Origin: Desulfocapsa sulfexigens DSM 10523
Lineage (GTDB): Bacteria > Desulfobacterota > Desulfobulbia > Desulfobulbales > Desulfocapsaceae
DNA length: 32,000 bases
Direction: 5' to 3'
Assembly: GCF_000341395.1 (NCBI RefSeq)
Contig: NC_020304.1
Location: 2,040,001 to 2,072,000, forward strand
This document shows, piece by piece, positions 1-9,496 of the stretch. The notes under the pieces were generated by a model that searched no databases, was not told where the DNA came from, and saw nothing but the letters and a program-made list of their open reading frames with translations. Numbering within the stretch: the first letter of the stretch is position 1; the number at the start of each line of letters is the position of its first letter. A program made the translations under genes and the position numbers.

Positions 1-512
1 ACCATGGAATTGATGTTTACAACGAGTACTTCCTTTTTTCCATCCTTGGTTCTTTTAATGGTTGCAGTATCACCAGCACCCTCCTTCAGGCCACCGGCTT
101 GGGAAACGATCTCAAGAAAGGTGGTTGCGCCACGTAATTCTGCTATTCCAGGCTTGTATACCTGTCCGAGAATTACGGCTTTTTTTGAGCGAAATTCTTC
201 TATGAAAATATTTACCTGAGGGTTTACGATGTAGCCATCAGCCAGGAGTGTCGTGAGCTTCTGAGTAACTTCTGTTAAGGACATGCCGCCAACATGAACC
301 AGGCCGATAAAGGGGATAACAATTGAACCGTCGTTTGAGACCCGGACTGTTTTCTGTAAATCCGGGTGATCATAAACATCAATTTTCAAGACATCGCCGG
401 AACCAACGATGTAATTATCGGCAAGGCTGTTTGTGGAGAAACAAAGCAGGATTGTCAGGCAGAACGTAGCAAAGAACAAATAAGTTTGAAAAGGAAATTT
501 CACATTACACAT
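1..512 (-). CDS. Polysaccharide export protein (Wza/poly_export + SLBB-like), 3' end beyond window start
   Basis: Absent from the ORF track because its stop lies outside the window. My reverse-complement reading gives MCNVKFPFQTYLFFATFCLTILLCFSTNSLADNYIVGSGDVLKIDVYDHPDLQKTVRVSNDGSIVIPFIGLVHVGGMSLTEV...AVILGQVYKPGIAELRGATTFLEIVSQAGG, with a signal peptide and the typical poly_export 'GSGDVLKI.VYD' and SLBB 'V.V.GqV..PG' patterns. Confidence 0.85.
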   Translation of the reverse strand, partial: MCNVKFPFQTYLFFATFCLTILLCFSTNSLADNYIVGSGDVLKIDVYDHPDLQKTVRVSNDGSIVIPFIGLVHVGGMSLTEVTQKLTTLLADGYIVNPQVNIFIEEFRSKKAVILGQVYKPGIAELRGATTFLEIVSQAGGLKEGAGDTATIKRTKDGKKEVLVVNINSM

Positions 513-670
513 AACAGGATTTTCTTTATTTGTGCCTCAGAAGAGTAACTTCTTTGGCATGAAAAAATATGTATCCTGTTATTCAAAGTCACTACGCTTC
601 AAGAAGAGACTGAAACACAATATGTAATATAACAGGAGTTTTTTTCAAAGGATGAAAAAAACTTTACCCA

Positions 671-2095
671 TTATAGCGCAGAATTCAAACTAAAGGAAAC
701 AGTGTTTGTGTCATACTCGTAAATTTCATCGGTTGAATTCCTTTGTTCCCATGTGTAGGCAAGTTCAGCCATTAGCCAGTCATTAAAAATATACTGCAGG
801 GCAGGGCGGAGGATAAAGCGATCATCATCACGTTTAGGGCCAGTTATTTGATTATAGTCAGCGTTTTCATATGTGAAATCCAGCATTCCTATAAAATCTT
901 CAGCGAATTCCTGATTGTAACGGAACGTCCCGCCAAGAATTCTTTTATCCAGTGCCTCCGTACTGTCAGTTTCCTCTATCTGATGATGCATGCCAAGGGA
1001 AAGGCTTGTTTTCTGGGTGACCTTGTACTGAACGTCCAGCTCAAAAATAAGTCCGTCATTGTTTGAGTTATAGGAGTTTTCGCTGATATCGTTTACTGCT
1101 TTGTCTTTATACTCACGTGTCTGATAACCTGCTTTGAAGTCTATCGAAGTTTTGGTGGAGGCAATCCAGCTTATACCGCCGTATATGGAGTCCTGATCAT
1201 TGTCTTTGTCAGTTTCGGTGTCGTAACTTACGTCTATGTACCTGTACTCCAGAAAAAGTGCGGTTTTCGGACTGAATGTGAAAATACCGTAAAGTGAAAA
1301 GGCATTATCAGTTCTGTTGAGGAAAGCATCATCAACTTCCTTGTAGTCGAGAAAGAAGTTCGAATAGTCGACCTTCAGGCCGATTTTTTCTGTAATGTCC
1401 CAGATAACATTAAACAAAGCTATATTTGAATTATAACGTCTTAAGCTTATTTCACCGAGGAAGTTACCAATATCAAAGCGATCCTGGCTACGGGTGTAAT
1501 GGTCAACAAGCTCAAAAGAAAGGCCGCTTCTCAGGTTAAGTTTGAAGAAACCTTCAACGTTGGCGTCGTAATCGTTTAATTCTGAATCTTCAGAATAATA
1601 TTTAAAGTCCAGTGCACCGAGGATATAGGCATTATATCGCTCAAATCCGGGGTAATCGGGTAGGGCCATCTGAAGTCCGCCCGGGGTCGAGTTGTTTGGA
1701 GCAATGGCAAGCGGCACCTCCTTTGTCCTGGGAAATGCGAGCCAGATACCTGGAGACAATGTCGTCAGGAAGTTACTCTTTTCATCTGTATAGACATTGA
1801 AAAGGTTGTCGGTGTATTCACCGGCGACACTGAAGAAGGGATGTATATAACCACCACCCTTAGTTCCGAAAAGATCGTCATCATCCGTCTGGAGGTTGTC
1901 TTCCGGCAGAAGAGATTCGGACGTTCCCGATGGTCCCTGTCCCATGGGGGTGTCCTGGGCTGGAGCAACCGCATCGGTTTGGGCGACGACAGTCATTTTG
2001 TCTATTGTTAATTCCTTTGATTCAACACTGTTGATGAGAAGTGAGGAAAAGATAAAGAAGCACGCCGAGGGGAGAAGGTATTTATTTTTCATCAT
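671..2095 (-). CDS. Putative outer-membrane beta-barrel protein of an exopolysaccharide locus
   Basis: 474-aa ORF with signal peptide, alternating aromatic beta-strands and terminal strand; adjacent to the export gene on the same strand. Confidence 0.7.
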   Translation of the reverse strand: MMKNKYLLPSACFFIFSSLLINSVESKELTIDKMTVVAQTDAVAPAQDTPMGQGPSGTSESLLPEDNLQTDDDDLFGTKGGGYIHPFFSVAGEYTDNLFNVYTDEKSNFLTTLSPGIWLAFPRTKEVPLAIAPNNSTPGGLQMALPDYPGFERYNAYILGALDFKYYSEDSELNDYDANVEGFFKLNLRSGLSFELVDHYTRSQDRFDIGNFLGEISLRRYNSNIALFNVIWDITEKIGLKVDYSNFFLDYKEVDDAFLNRTDNAFSLYGIFTFSPKTALFLEYRYIDVSYDTETDKDNDQDSIYGGISWIASTKTSIDFKAGYQTREYKDKAVNDISENSYNSNNDGLIFELDVQYKVTQKTSLSLGMHHQIEETDSTEALDKRILGGTFRYNQEFAEDFIGMLDFTYENADYNQITGPKRDDDRFILRPALQYIFNDWLMAELAYTWEQRNSTDEIYEYDTNTVSFSLNSAL

Positions 2096-2215
2096 ATTTT
2101 CTTGGTCGAAGAAGTAAGGAAAGAATAGTGTCTAAAGCTGGTGTGTGCTGCTGTGTGTACTGTTAAAGCAAAACCAGCTCTGTTCGTAAGGTCGAACAGA
2201 GCTGGAGGATATTTC

Positions 2216-2650
2216 TTAAAAAGTGGACTGGCTTACAAACCTTTGCGTGCTGCGATTCTGAGATCTTGGCATTCCAGCAAAAGTTGCTCTTGCAACAGGC
2301 GTATATGCCTGGCTGTCTGCCACAGCGTCACCACATTCTACGAGGCTTTTCTCAAAAGCCGCCACAAGAATGATGTCCGAAATTCCAGCACTGTCAGAAG
2401 CAGCCTTCACGTCATCTCCGTCAACGCCCTCACAATAAAGAGCTTTCAGGATATGTTGAGGGTTGACATTGGCAATTTTCAGTCCTTCATCGACAATGCT
2501 CGTTGGATCCATTCCAGCCTTAAGTGCCTCTGCAACGGCGACCTCAATACCTTGGGTCTGATTGTTGACCGAAAAATCTTCGACCCAGTCAGCAAAGGAT
2601 GCCGACGCAACAAAAACCCCTAAGAGAGCTGATATCATTATTTTCTTCAT
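2216..2650 (-). CDS. Small exported hypothetical protein (~144 aa)
   Basis: ORF 2216..2671; the start is probably the internal MKKIMISALLGVFVASASFA (signal peptide), preceded by ggaga RBS-like sequence; same strand as the EPS genes. Confidence 0.6.
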   Translation of the reverse strand: MKKIMISALLGVFVASASFADWVEDFSVNNQTQGIEVAVAEALKAGMDPTSIVDEGLKIANVNPQHILKALYCEGVDGDDVKAASDSAGISDIILVAAFEKSLVECGDAVADSQAYTPVARATFAGMPRSQNRSTQRFVSQSTF

Positions 2651-3273
2651 AATTTCTCCTGACATTGTCATACGTTCGATTATGATAACTACTCACAATC
2701 TAATAGCAATACACCTTAAAAGCAATACAAAAATACATGTTACCAATAAGATACTGCTGTTTCCTTCCGCCGACCAAGGCTTTTTTTTGCTGTCGGACAA
2801 TATGACCAAAGCCTGAAAGAAAGAGTTATGTCGCTCCGTCTCAGGTTTGTGTTCTTTATTTGCCCGGCTAGAACACCATTTCCCAGATACTGCACTGTTG
2901 ATCAGAAGATCAAGCGACTGGCCGAATGCCAGCTGCGGACGGCAGTTTTTGTTATCTGAGTTTTCCGATGCTCCTAAAAACAAAGACATCTGTTTTCTCA
3001 ATAATACGATCCCGGGCGGTAAAGGTAAATAGTCAAAATACTTAATTTACACTATTCGGATGCCGTTTATTATAGATACTTGCTGTCCTGTGGACCTTTA
3101 CTGTATAATCTCTTTAAGAGATTCATTGTCCAGTCAATTGTGACGAGTCTGACTTGACATTTCACCCTTTCAGGTAGCATTTGATTCATGATATATATTA
3201 TATCCCTGTTATGGAAAATGTAAATAGGTAGAAATACCCAATTTTTAGTTTGATGTGGTCGAGATAAAGGGTC

Positions 3274-3747
3274 GTGGAAAAAAAGAGTAAGCATCTGCAA
3301 TGCTTGGAAGAATTGCTACCTCAAGTTACCATCCAACGGGGCTGGGAAGAACAGCTTGATCTTCATTCCATCTTTTTGCGGTGGGATGATCTTGTTGAAA
3401 GTGATGTGGCTGAGCATTGTCAGCCATTGAAAATTATAAAGTCCGTGTTATGGGTCGAGGTGGAAAACTCTGCCTGGTTACAGCAACTCCAGTATCAGAC
3501 CGTTCCGTTATTAGATATTTTGAATAATTCGCTCCGTTTGTCCAAGTTGAAGGGCCTGCGGTTTTGCCTGGCGGAGAAGAATTCTGAAAAGAAAAAGAGT
3601 GAGGCCGTTCTTCGCTATATTCAACCATCTTCCCGGGATATTGAAGCTTTTGAACAGCAAGCAGGGACAATAGCCGATAAGGATTCCCGAGATGCTCTGG
3701 TGCGTTTCTGGTATCTTTCACAGGCCTGTATAAAAAATGATCTGTAG
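3274..3747 (+). CDS. DUF721/DciA-like protein
   Basis: 157-aa ORF with GTG start and RBS-like aaaggg; the pattern 'W..LV...VAEHCQPLKI..SVLWVEVENSAWLQQLQ....LLDILN' is typical of DUF721. Confidence 0.6.
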   Translation: MEKKSKHLQCLEELLPQVTIQRGWEEQLDLHSIFLRWDDLVESDVAEHCQPLKIIKSVLWVEVENSAWLQQLQYQTVPLLDILNNSLRLSKLKGLRFCLAEKNSEKKKSEAVLRYIQPSSRDIEAFEQQAGTIADKDSRDALVRFWYLSQACIKNDL

Positions 3748-3847
3748 TTCTCCTTTCTTCCTGCTTGCCTGAAGCGCCGATTCGCAATAGAATACATACC
3801 TGTCTGTTTGTGCTTCTTACTGAAAATAAATTACTTCTGTCAATGTG

Positions 3848-6172
3848 ATGATTTACGATAACGTTTTAGACGCCATTGGAAATACTCCGCTCATTAGGGT
3901 GAATCGTTTGAATTCTTCTGATGTTCCGGTCTATGCAAAACTCGAATCCAGTAATCCTGGCGGCTCTGTGAAAGAAAGAATCTCTCTGTCCCTGATTGAG
4001 GCTGGTGAGGCCAGTGGAGAGTTGAGTGCTGATAAGATAGTCCTTGAGGCAACCAGTGGTAATACCGGTATTGGGCTTGCCATGGTTTGTGCAGCAAAAG
4101 GATATCGTTGTCAGCTGGTCATGCCAGAATCCGCATCCCTGGAGCGAAGGCAGATTATGCAGGCCTATGGGGCTGAGATTCTTCTTACTCCTGCAAAAAG
4201 GAGTACGGACGGAGCCATAGAAAAAGCCTATGCGATGGCTCGTGAGCACCCTGATCGCTACTATCTTACAGATCAATTCAATAACGAAGCTAACTGGCGG
4301 GCTCATTATGACCACACTGCACCAGAAATCTGGCAACAGACAGATGGAAGGGTTACCCATGTAGTAGCAACACTTGGTACATCGGGCACTGTTATGGGGC
4401 TCTGTAAGTGGTTTGCTGAACATCATCCCGAAGTAGAGGTTGTTGCCGTAGAGCCATTCCTTGGGCATAAAATTCAGGGCCTTAAAAACATGAAAGAGTC
4501 TTATCGTCCTGGAATATTTGACAAATCTCTCCCGACAAGGATTGTGAACATTGAGGATGAAGATGCTTTTCGTATGGCAAGACTCCTTGCAAGGGAAGAG
4601 GGCTTGCTGGTTGGTATGAGTAGTGGTGCCGCAATGTTCTGCGCGCTTCAATTAGCGGGAGAACTGGATGACGGGTTTATCGTAACAATTATTCCGGATG
4701 GTGGTGAGCGCTATCTTTCAACACCCCTGTTTACACGAAAGAATAAGGTTACTGAGAAAAAAACTGATCTTTGTTTTTTTAATACACTCACCAAAAAGAA
4801 GGAAGAATTTCGTCCACAGAAGGAAAAATACGTCAGTTTCTATACCTGTGGACCGACCGCTTACGAACCTGCCAATCTTTCCCTTTGCAGGCGTTTTGTT
4901 GTTTCAGATCTTATTACCCGCTATCTGGAACACAAGGGTTATGAAGTGAATTCCTGTATGAACTTTACCGATCTCGATGATAATACAATACAGGGTGCGA
5001 ATAAGGCCGGTAAGTCACTTGGGGAATTCACCAGTAAGTATATTGATGGATTTATGGCGGATATCGATTCGCTCAGTATTAAGCGGGCTACTCATTACCC
5101 CAGGGCTTCCGAGCATGTTGCAGACATGATAGAAATCAGCCATGAGTTGCTCCATAAAGGGTTTGCCTATGAAAAGCATGGCTCTATTTATTTCGATATT
5201 TCCAAATTTAAGAAATATGGCCGCCTGTCAGGCATTGATCTTGGCAAGATTCAGCTGGGAAAAACAGTCGATCTTGATAATTATGAAAAGGATAATCCCC
5301 GTGATTTTACACTGCTGAAACGTTCAACCCTGGCAGAGTTGAAAAAGGGGATATTTTATGAGACTGATTGGGGAAATGTACGACCAGGATGGCATATTGA
5401 GTGTTCGGCAATGTCGACCAAATATCTTGGCGAAACCATGGATATACATACCTCCAGCCGTGATCTGATTTTCCCTCATCATGAAAATGAAATAGCCATT
5501 GCTGAAGCGCTGACGGGAAAGCAACTGGCCAGGTACTGGCTGCATTCGGAACTGTTGCTGGTTGACGGAAAAAAAATGTCAGTGGAAGCTGGAAATGTAG
5601 TGACCCTGAATGATGCCGTTCTGCGTGGTTTTACGCCACGGGATGTCCGTTTCATGCTGCTCTCAGTCCATTATCGGAAGCCGATTAATTTTTCTTTCCG
5701 ACGGCTGATCAACGTCCGAACTGCTCTACGCCGGATTGATGAGTTTACCTGTAAATTGCTTTGTCTGCCTCCTGGAAAACCTCACCCCGAAGTTGCTGCC
5801 TATGTTTCTGCAATGGAGGAACAGTTTTTTGCCGCCATGGATGATGATCTGAATGTTTCAAAGGGGATGGGGGCAATTTATAAGTTTATCAAGCGCACCA
5901 ATCCGATTCTTCATGTGAATCATCTGGATGGTGATCAAAAAAAATACATTCTCGAAAGTTTGGGAAAGATAAACGGAATCCTGCAAATTTTCCGTCTCAA
6001 AGGTTGTCCGCTTGCCCCTTCCGTGAATGCTATTATTAAGCGACGAGAGGAGGCGCGACAGGGGAAAGACTGGAAAGCTGCTGATGAGGCTCGTGATGAA
6101 CTCATTCGCCAGGGAATCCAGATTATTGATACAGCCACCGGGCCTGTATGGAAAAAGGTCGATGAGGAATGA
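3848..6172 (+). CDS. Cysteine synthase (CysK/CysM-like) fused to a cysteinyl-tRNA-synthetase-like domain with altered signature motifs
   Basis: The N-terminal ~310 aa carry the PLP fold type II motifs (NPGGSVKER, TSGNTGIGLA, GTSGT). The C-terminal ~460 aa are CysRS-like (YTCGPTAYE, GWHIECSAM, FPHHENE). The ORF track starts at the GTG at 3845; the ATG at 3848 is equally plausible. Confidence 0.88.
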   Translation: MIYDNVLDAIGNTPLIRVNRLNSSDVPVYAKLESSNPGGSVKERISLSLIEAGEASGELSADKIVLEATSGNTGIGLAMVCAAKGYRCQLVMPESASLERRQIMQAYGAEILLTPAKRSTDGAIEKAYAMAREHPDRYYLTDQFNNEANWRAHYDHTAPEIWQQTDGRVTHVVATLGTSGTVMGLCKWFAEHHPEVEVVAVEPFLGHKIQGLKNMKESYRPGIFDKSLPTRIVNIEDEDAFRMARLLAREEGLLVGMSSGAAMFCALQLAGELDDGFIVTIIPDGGERYLSTPLFTRKNKVTEKKTDLCFFNTLTKKKEEFRPQKEKYVSFYTCGPTAYEPANLSLCRRFVVSDLITRYLEHKGYEVNSCMNFTDLDDNTIQGANKAGKSLGEFTSKYIDGFMADIDSLSIKRATHYPRASEHVADMIEISHELLHKGFAYEKHGSIYFDISKFKKYGRLSGIDLGKIQLGKTVDLDNYEKDNPRDFTLLKRSTLAELKKGIFYETDWGNVRPGWHIECSAMSTKYLGETMDIHTSSRDLIFPHHENEIAIAEALTGKQLARYWLHSELLLVDGKKMSVEAGNVVTLNDAVLRGFTPRDVRFMLLSVHYRKPINFSFRRLINVRTALRRIDEFTCKLLCLPPGKPHPEVAAYVSAMEEQFFAAMDDDLNVSKGMGAIYKFIKRTNPILHVNHLDGDQKKYILESLGKINGILQIFRLKGCPLAPSVNAIIKRREEARQGKDWKAADEARDELIRQGIQIIDTATGPVWKKVDEE

Positions 6173-6241
6173 TCTGGTCCGGGGGGTAGTAAAGAATGGT
6201 ATTGATTTTTTGTCGGCTATATTTTATAGCACTTATTACAT

Positions 6242-6318
6242 GCGCCAGTAGCTCAGCTGGATAGAGCAACGGCCTTCTAAGCCGTAGGTCACAGGTTCGA
6301 ACCCTGTCTGGCGTACCA
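6242..6318 (+). tRNA. tRNA-Arg (anticodon UCU)
   Basis: 77-nt cloverleaf: acceptor gcgccag/ctggcgt, anticodon loop CTTCTAA (anticodon TCT), T-arm caggTTCGAAccctg, encoded CCA. Confidence 0.95.
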
Positions 6319-6445
6319 ATTTCAATAAGGGTTTCAGTCTTCTTGGCTGGAACCCTTTTTTTTTGCGTTGGAGGCATGTCGGAAAATGCCCTTTTTCCAC
6401 ACTTCGTTATTGGAAAGATTTTTTCATATTTTTAAAAGGATAAAG

Positions 6446-6739
6446 ATGAGAAAAATTTACAAATTGACCCACCCGAAAATTAAAGTCGATAGACTGGTGG
6501 AAGGTGTAAAGCACGACATCAAGAAATACGTTAAGCGAGAGCGTAAAAAAGCGCTGCCGGTGGGCGTCGATTATTGGGATTTTGACTGCAAATTTGGCAA
6601 TACTGTTAAAGGATTGCAGGATATTCACCTTGCTGAGATGAATACCTACATTGATCGAGCCAAAGAACAGCAGCTTGAGTCATTTTGTATTGAAATTCAA
6701 GTAAAGCCAGGGCGCAGAATGAAAAAATCTGGTACTTGA
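6446..6739 (+). CDS. DUF6172-like small conserved protein
   Basis: MRKIYKLTHPKIKVDRLVEGVKHDIKKYVKRERKKALPVGVDYWDFDCKFG; resembles the conserved 'F.LTHPKIK...KYvKRER.K.LPeGvDYWDFDC.FG' family (from memory). Confidence 0.6.
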   Translation: MRKIYKLTHPKIKVDRLVEGVKHDIKKYVKRERKKALPVGVDYWDFDCKFGNTVKGLQDIHLAEMNTYIDRAKEQQLESFCIEIQVKPGRRMKKSGT

Positions 6740-6790
6740 TTGATTTCGGAAGGTTCTATTCTTGTCTTTAACGGAGAATGAAAAATAATC

Positions 6791-7576
6791 ATGAGTGGTA
6801 AAAGTAAACTACGCCGCTATAGGCTAATACTTGAGTATGATGGAACCAATTTCAGTGGCTGGCAGAAACAGGTGAATGTCCGGACTGTGCAGGGGGATGT
6901 ACTGAAGGGTGCGGCACGTGTTTTTGGGGAGGTCCCGATGGATCTTCAGGGCTGTGGTCGTACCGATTCTGGGGTCCATGCTCTCGAATATGTAGCCCAC
7001 CTTGAGGTGGCAGCTGATATGGGGCCACATGAAGTTGCAAGAAAGCTTAATGAGACACTGCCAAAAGACATAGCCGTAAGGTCAGTTGAAGCAGCAGGGG
7101 CTCGTTTTCATGCACGTCATAACTGTATAGCAAGAAGTTATGTCTATCAGATTCGAACAGAGAAATCGGCTTTTGGAAAACGTTATGACTGGTGGGTACA
7201 GGCGGATTTGGATCTGCCTGCGATGCAGCATGCCGGGTCGTTGATGACAGGCATGCATGATTTTGCCGCTTTTGCCGAAAAAAAGGAGCTGAAAAAATCA
7301 ACCAGGGTCTTGATTCATAACGTTGAGGTTTTTAAAGAGAAGGAAATTCTTAAGATCCGGGTTGTCGGGTCTCATTTTCTCTGGCATATGGTTCGAAGGA
7401 TGGTTGGGATTATGGTTGAGGTGGGCTGTCACCGCTTAACGGAGGAAGATGTTCAAAACATGCTCGAAGACCATTCCAATGCTTTACCATCTCATCATAC
7501 TGCACCGAGCGCTGGCCTGTTTTTCGAGAAAGCCTTTTATGACAGTGAGGGGCTGGCTGAATTGTTAAAAGAGTGA
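6791..7576 (+). CDS. truA: tRNA pseudouridine(38-40) synthase
   Basis: 261 aa; LEYDGTNFSGWQ, GCGRTDSGVHALEYVAH (catalytic Asp), SHFLWHMVRRMVG. Confidence 0.96.
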   Translation: MSGKSKLRRYRLILEYDGTNFSGWQKQVNVRTVQGDVLKGAARVFGEVPMDLQGCGRTDSGVHALEYVAHLEVAADMGPHEVARKLNETLPKDIAVRSVEAAGARFHARHNCIARSYVYQIRTEKSAFGKRYDWWVQADLDLPAMQHAGSLMTGMHDFAAFAEKKELKKSTRVLIHNVEVFKEKEILKIRVVGSHFLWHMVRRMVGIMVEVGCHRLTEEDVQNMLEDHSNALPSHHTAPSAGLFFEKAFYDSEGLAELLKE

Positions 7577-7605
7577 TTTTGATGGCATCGTAGAAAATAA
7601 TAATT

Positions 7606-7783
7606 CCTGATTACCATCGAAACTCAGCTTTGCAACCCGGAGTTGTTTCGTGTCGGTTATATGGGACGCCATAAACCCATCCCTGGGGGCTCTGCTGCGG
7701 CCATCCAGGCCGCAGATGCCCATATAATCAACACGAAAAAACTCCTCCTCAGACGGGTAGGCTGAGGATTAGTGGTAATCAGG
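7606..7783. repeat. MITE/REP-like ~178-bp full-length imperfect palindrome, copy 1
   Basis: Termini cctgattacc...ggtaatcagg; internal arms 7639-7665 / 7719-7745; central stem ctgcggcc/ggccgcag (7695-7702 / 7708-7715); ~97% identical to 12969-13145; flanked by taataatt on both sides. Confidence 0.85.
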
Positions 7784-7854
7784 TAATAATTTGTGCTATC
7801 CCGTCACTCCCGCCTATGCGGGAAGGACGGAACGGGGGACTTTTTACGAGCGTA

Positions 7855-8496
7855 TCACTTTTGTCTGGTCGTAGCTATTTTTGCCTTCTTGCTCGTCTTT
7901 ATGGACGGTATGATACGCAGTAACAAGTTGTCAGGTTGTAGTCGCATTTCTTCGATATTCATGGAAATGGAAAGGAATTTGCTTCCGGTATTTGTAACAA
8001 TAGGTTTGAGTCTGTCGATTTGAATCGGGAATTCCCGGTTGTTAAAAAGGAGAACAATGGCGGACGCAACATCGGTTTTGTTCTGACTTGAAGCTTGGAG
8101 ATCGGTTATGACGGGTTTGAGGAAAAGCGTCTGGCTCGGAGCGTGATAGCGAATGGTTGCGTCGCATTGAAAGCGCATGTCGAGCGCACCTATTTTCATG
8201 CGAAGATCATGTCCTCCAATGGATGTGACAATGTGCAGATCATGACCGACGATGCTTATGCGGCTGGAAAGTGTATCTTTCCGGAACTGCAGGTTCTCAA
8301 TTTTCTGTATAAATACCGATCCAACAAGGGCTGTGGAGTTTATGTCGACAGGTACTGGCAGACTTTTGGCTACTGCCTCTGAAACGACACTGACCGGGAC
8401 GTGCATGGTGATGGGGGCTTGTCTGGAGGCTGCAGAAGAGAGCGTGCCAGTCAGGAGAATAAAAAGAATGGCGGTGAAGAAAATTTTATTGTTCAT
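7855..8496 (-). CDS. Exported hypothetical protein
   Basis: The likely start is internal MNNKIFFTAILFILLTGTLSSAASRQ (signal peptide) within ORF 7855..8658; overlaps the upstream gene by a few bases. Confidence 0.6.
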   Translation of the reverse strand: MNNKIFFTAILFILLTGTLSSAASRQAPITMHVPVSVVSEAVAKSLPVPVDINSTALVGSVFIQKIENLQFRKDTLSSRISIVGHDLHIVTSIGGHDLRMKIGALDMRFQCDATIRYHAPSQTLFLKPVITDLQASSQNKTDVASAIVLLFNNREFPIQIDRLKPIVTNTGSKFLSISMNIEEMRLQPDNLLLRIIPSIKTSKKAKIATTRQK

Positions 8497-9391
8497 TGGA
8501 AGATCCTGTGTGAATGGTTGCTGTGTTTTTGCGGATAAGTGACTGTAACCAGAGAAGAAGTGAGAGCAGAAGGCCCACGTAGGATGCAAAGCTTCGTGGA
8601 AAGTTGTGGATATGATACTCCTGTAATTCGAGGGTTTTTGGGTCTGTGAAACGGCCACGAATCGAAATAGTTCCGGAATGTATCACTGGCAGGTTTGTGA
8701 CCCTGAGTTCTTTGTCGATATAGCATTCCAGGAATCGGGTGTCGGGATTAACTCTGGCTCGATCAATTTCCACATATTTTCCCGTTCGGGTCTGTTTGTT
8801 GTTCAGGGTGTTGCTGTAATGGACATCTGCGTTGTAGGCAGAGGTTGTCAGCAGTATCGGACTGGCGAAATATAGTAAAATCAATGTTACGGCCAGCAGT
8901 GCTTTTGTTATGCCCGGCTTTTCGAGCAGCAGGTCATCGTTGATAGCCTTGGGCCAGAGAAAAAGAAGGACCAGGAGGCCTGCGCCACTGAAAATATAAT
9001 TGGAAAAGTGCTCGGGCCAGAAGAGGTCAAAGTTGGTGCTATACCAGGAGAATGGGACCAGTAGGTTCGCTCCATTCCCCCATTTGTTTTGAGTCGCATC
9101 AATGAGCAGATGTAACAGACTGTTCCCGGCCAGGATCAGGAAAACCTGTCTACTGTTACGGGTCAACATGGAAAGAGCCAGGGCAAGTAGCAGGCAGTAG
9201 GCAAGACTCGCCTGGGTGACTGAGTAGAGACGCAGGGCCAGAGGATCTGTGAACGGAGTGAGAATGCGCTGGACAATCCAGGGAAGGTCAGGAATAATGC
9301 AGCCTAGGATGATCCACTGCAGAGGGGATTTCTTGAGCCCAAGTCGGGTCAATGGTGTTTGTATTCCGATATGAACCAGAGTATTGGGCAT
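8486..9391 (-). CDS. Membrane-bound metal-dependent hydrolase-like (YdjM-like) integral membrane protein
   Basis: MPNTLVHIGIQTPLTRLG..SPLQWIILGCIIPDLPW...NSLLHLLIDATQNKWG with several TM segments. Confidence 0.6.
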   Translation of the reverse strand: MPNTLVHIGIQTPLTRLGLKKSPLQWIILGCIIPDLPWIVQRILTPFTDPLALRLYSVTQASLAYCLLLALALSMLTRNSRQVFLILAGNSLLHLLIDATQNKWGNGANLLVPFSWYSTNFDLFWPEHFSNYIFSGAGLLVLLFLWPKAINDDLLLEKPGITKALLAVTLILLYFASPILLTTSAYNADVHYSNTLNNKQTRTGKYVEIDRARVNPDTRFLECYIDKELRVTNLPVIHSGTISIRGRFTDPKTLELQEYHIHNFPRSFASYVGLLLSLLLWLQSLIRKNTATIHTGSSNEQ

Positions 9392-9496
9392 GCGGGAAAT
9401 TTCTTTTTTTAAAGATATAAAGAGTAACCTTCGTGCTGACTGTTCCTGAGTAGCAATGCCACAGACCTCCCAGATAATCAATTGAAAAGTGTAGCC

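Noticed and set aside
2141-2623. 160-aa plus-strand ORF
   Set aside because: Antisense to the credible signal-peptide-bearing minus-strand gene; Arg/Cys/Ser-rich shadow composition.
2693-3001. 102-aa minus-strand ORF upstream of the small exported protein
   Set aside because: No recognisable domain, unusual composition and no clear RBS; I could not support it as coding.
3866-4651. 261-aa minus-strand ORF inside the cysK-like gene
   Set aside because: Antisense shadow of a strongly supported conserved coding region.
6242-6318. tRNA-Arg as an integration site for a mobile element
   Set aside because: No duplicated tRNA 3' end, integrase or other mobile gene was seen downstream; the flanking genes look like ordinary chromosomal genes.
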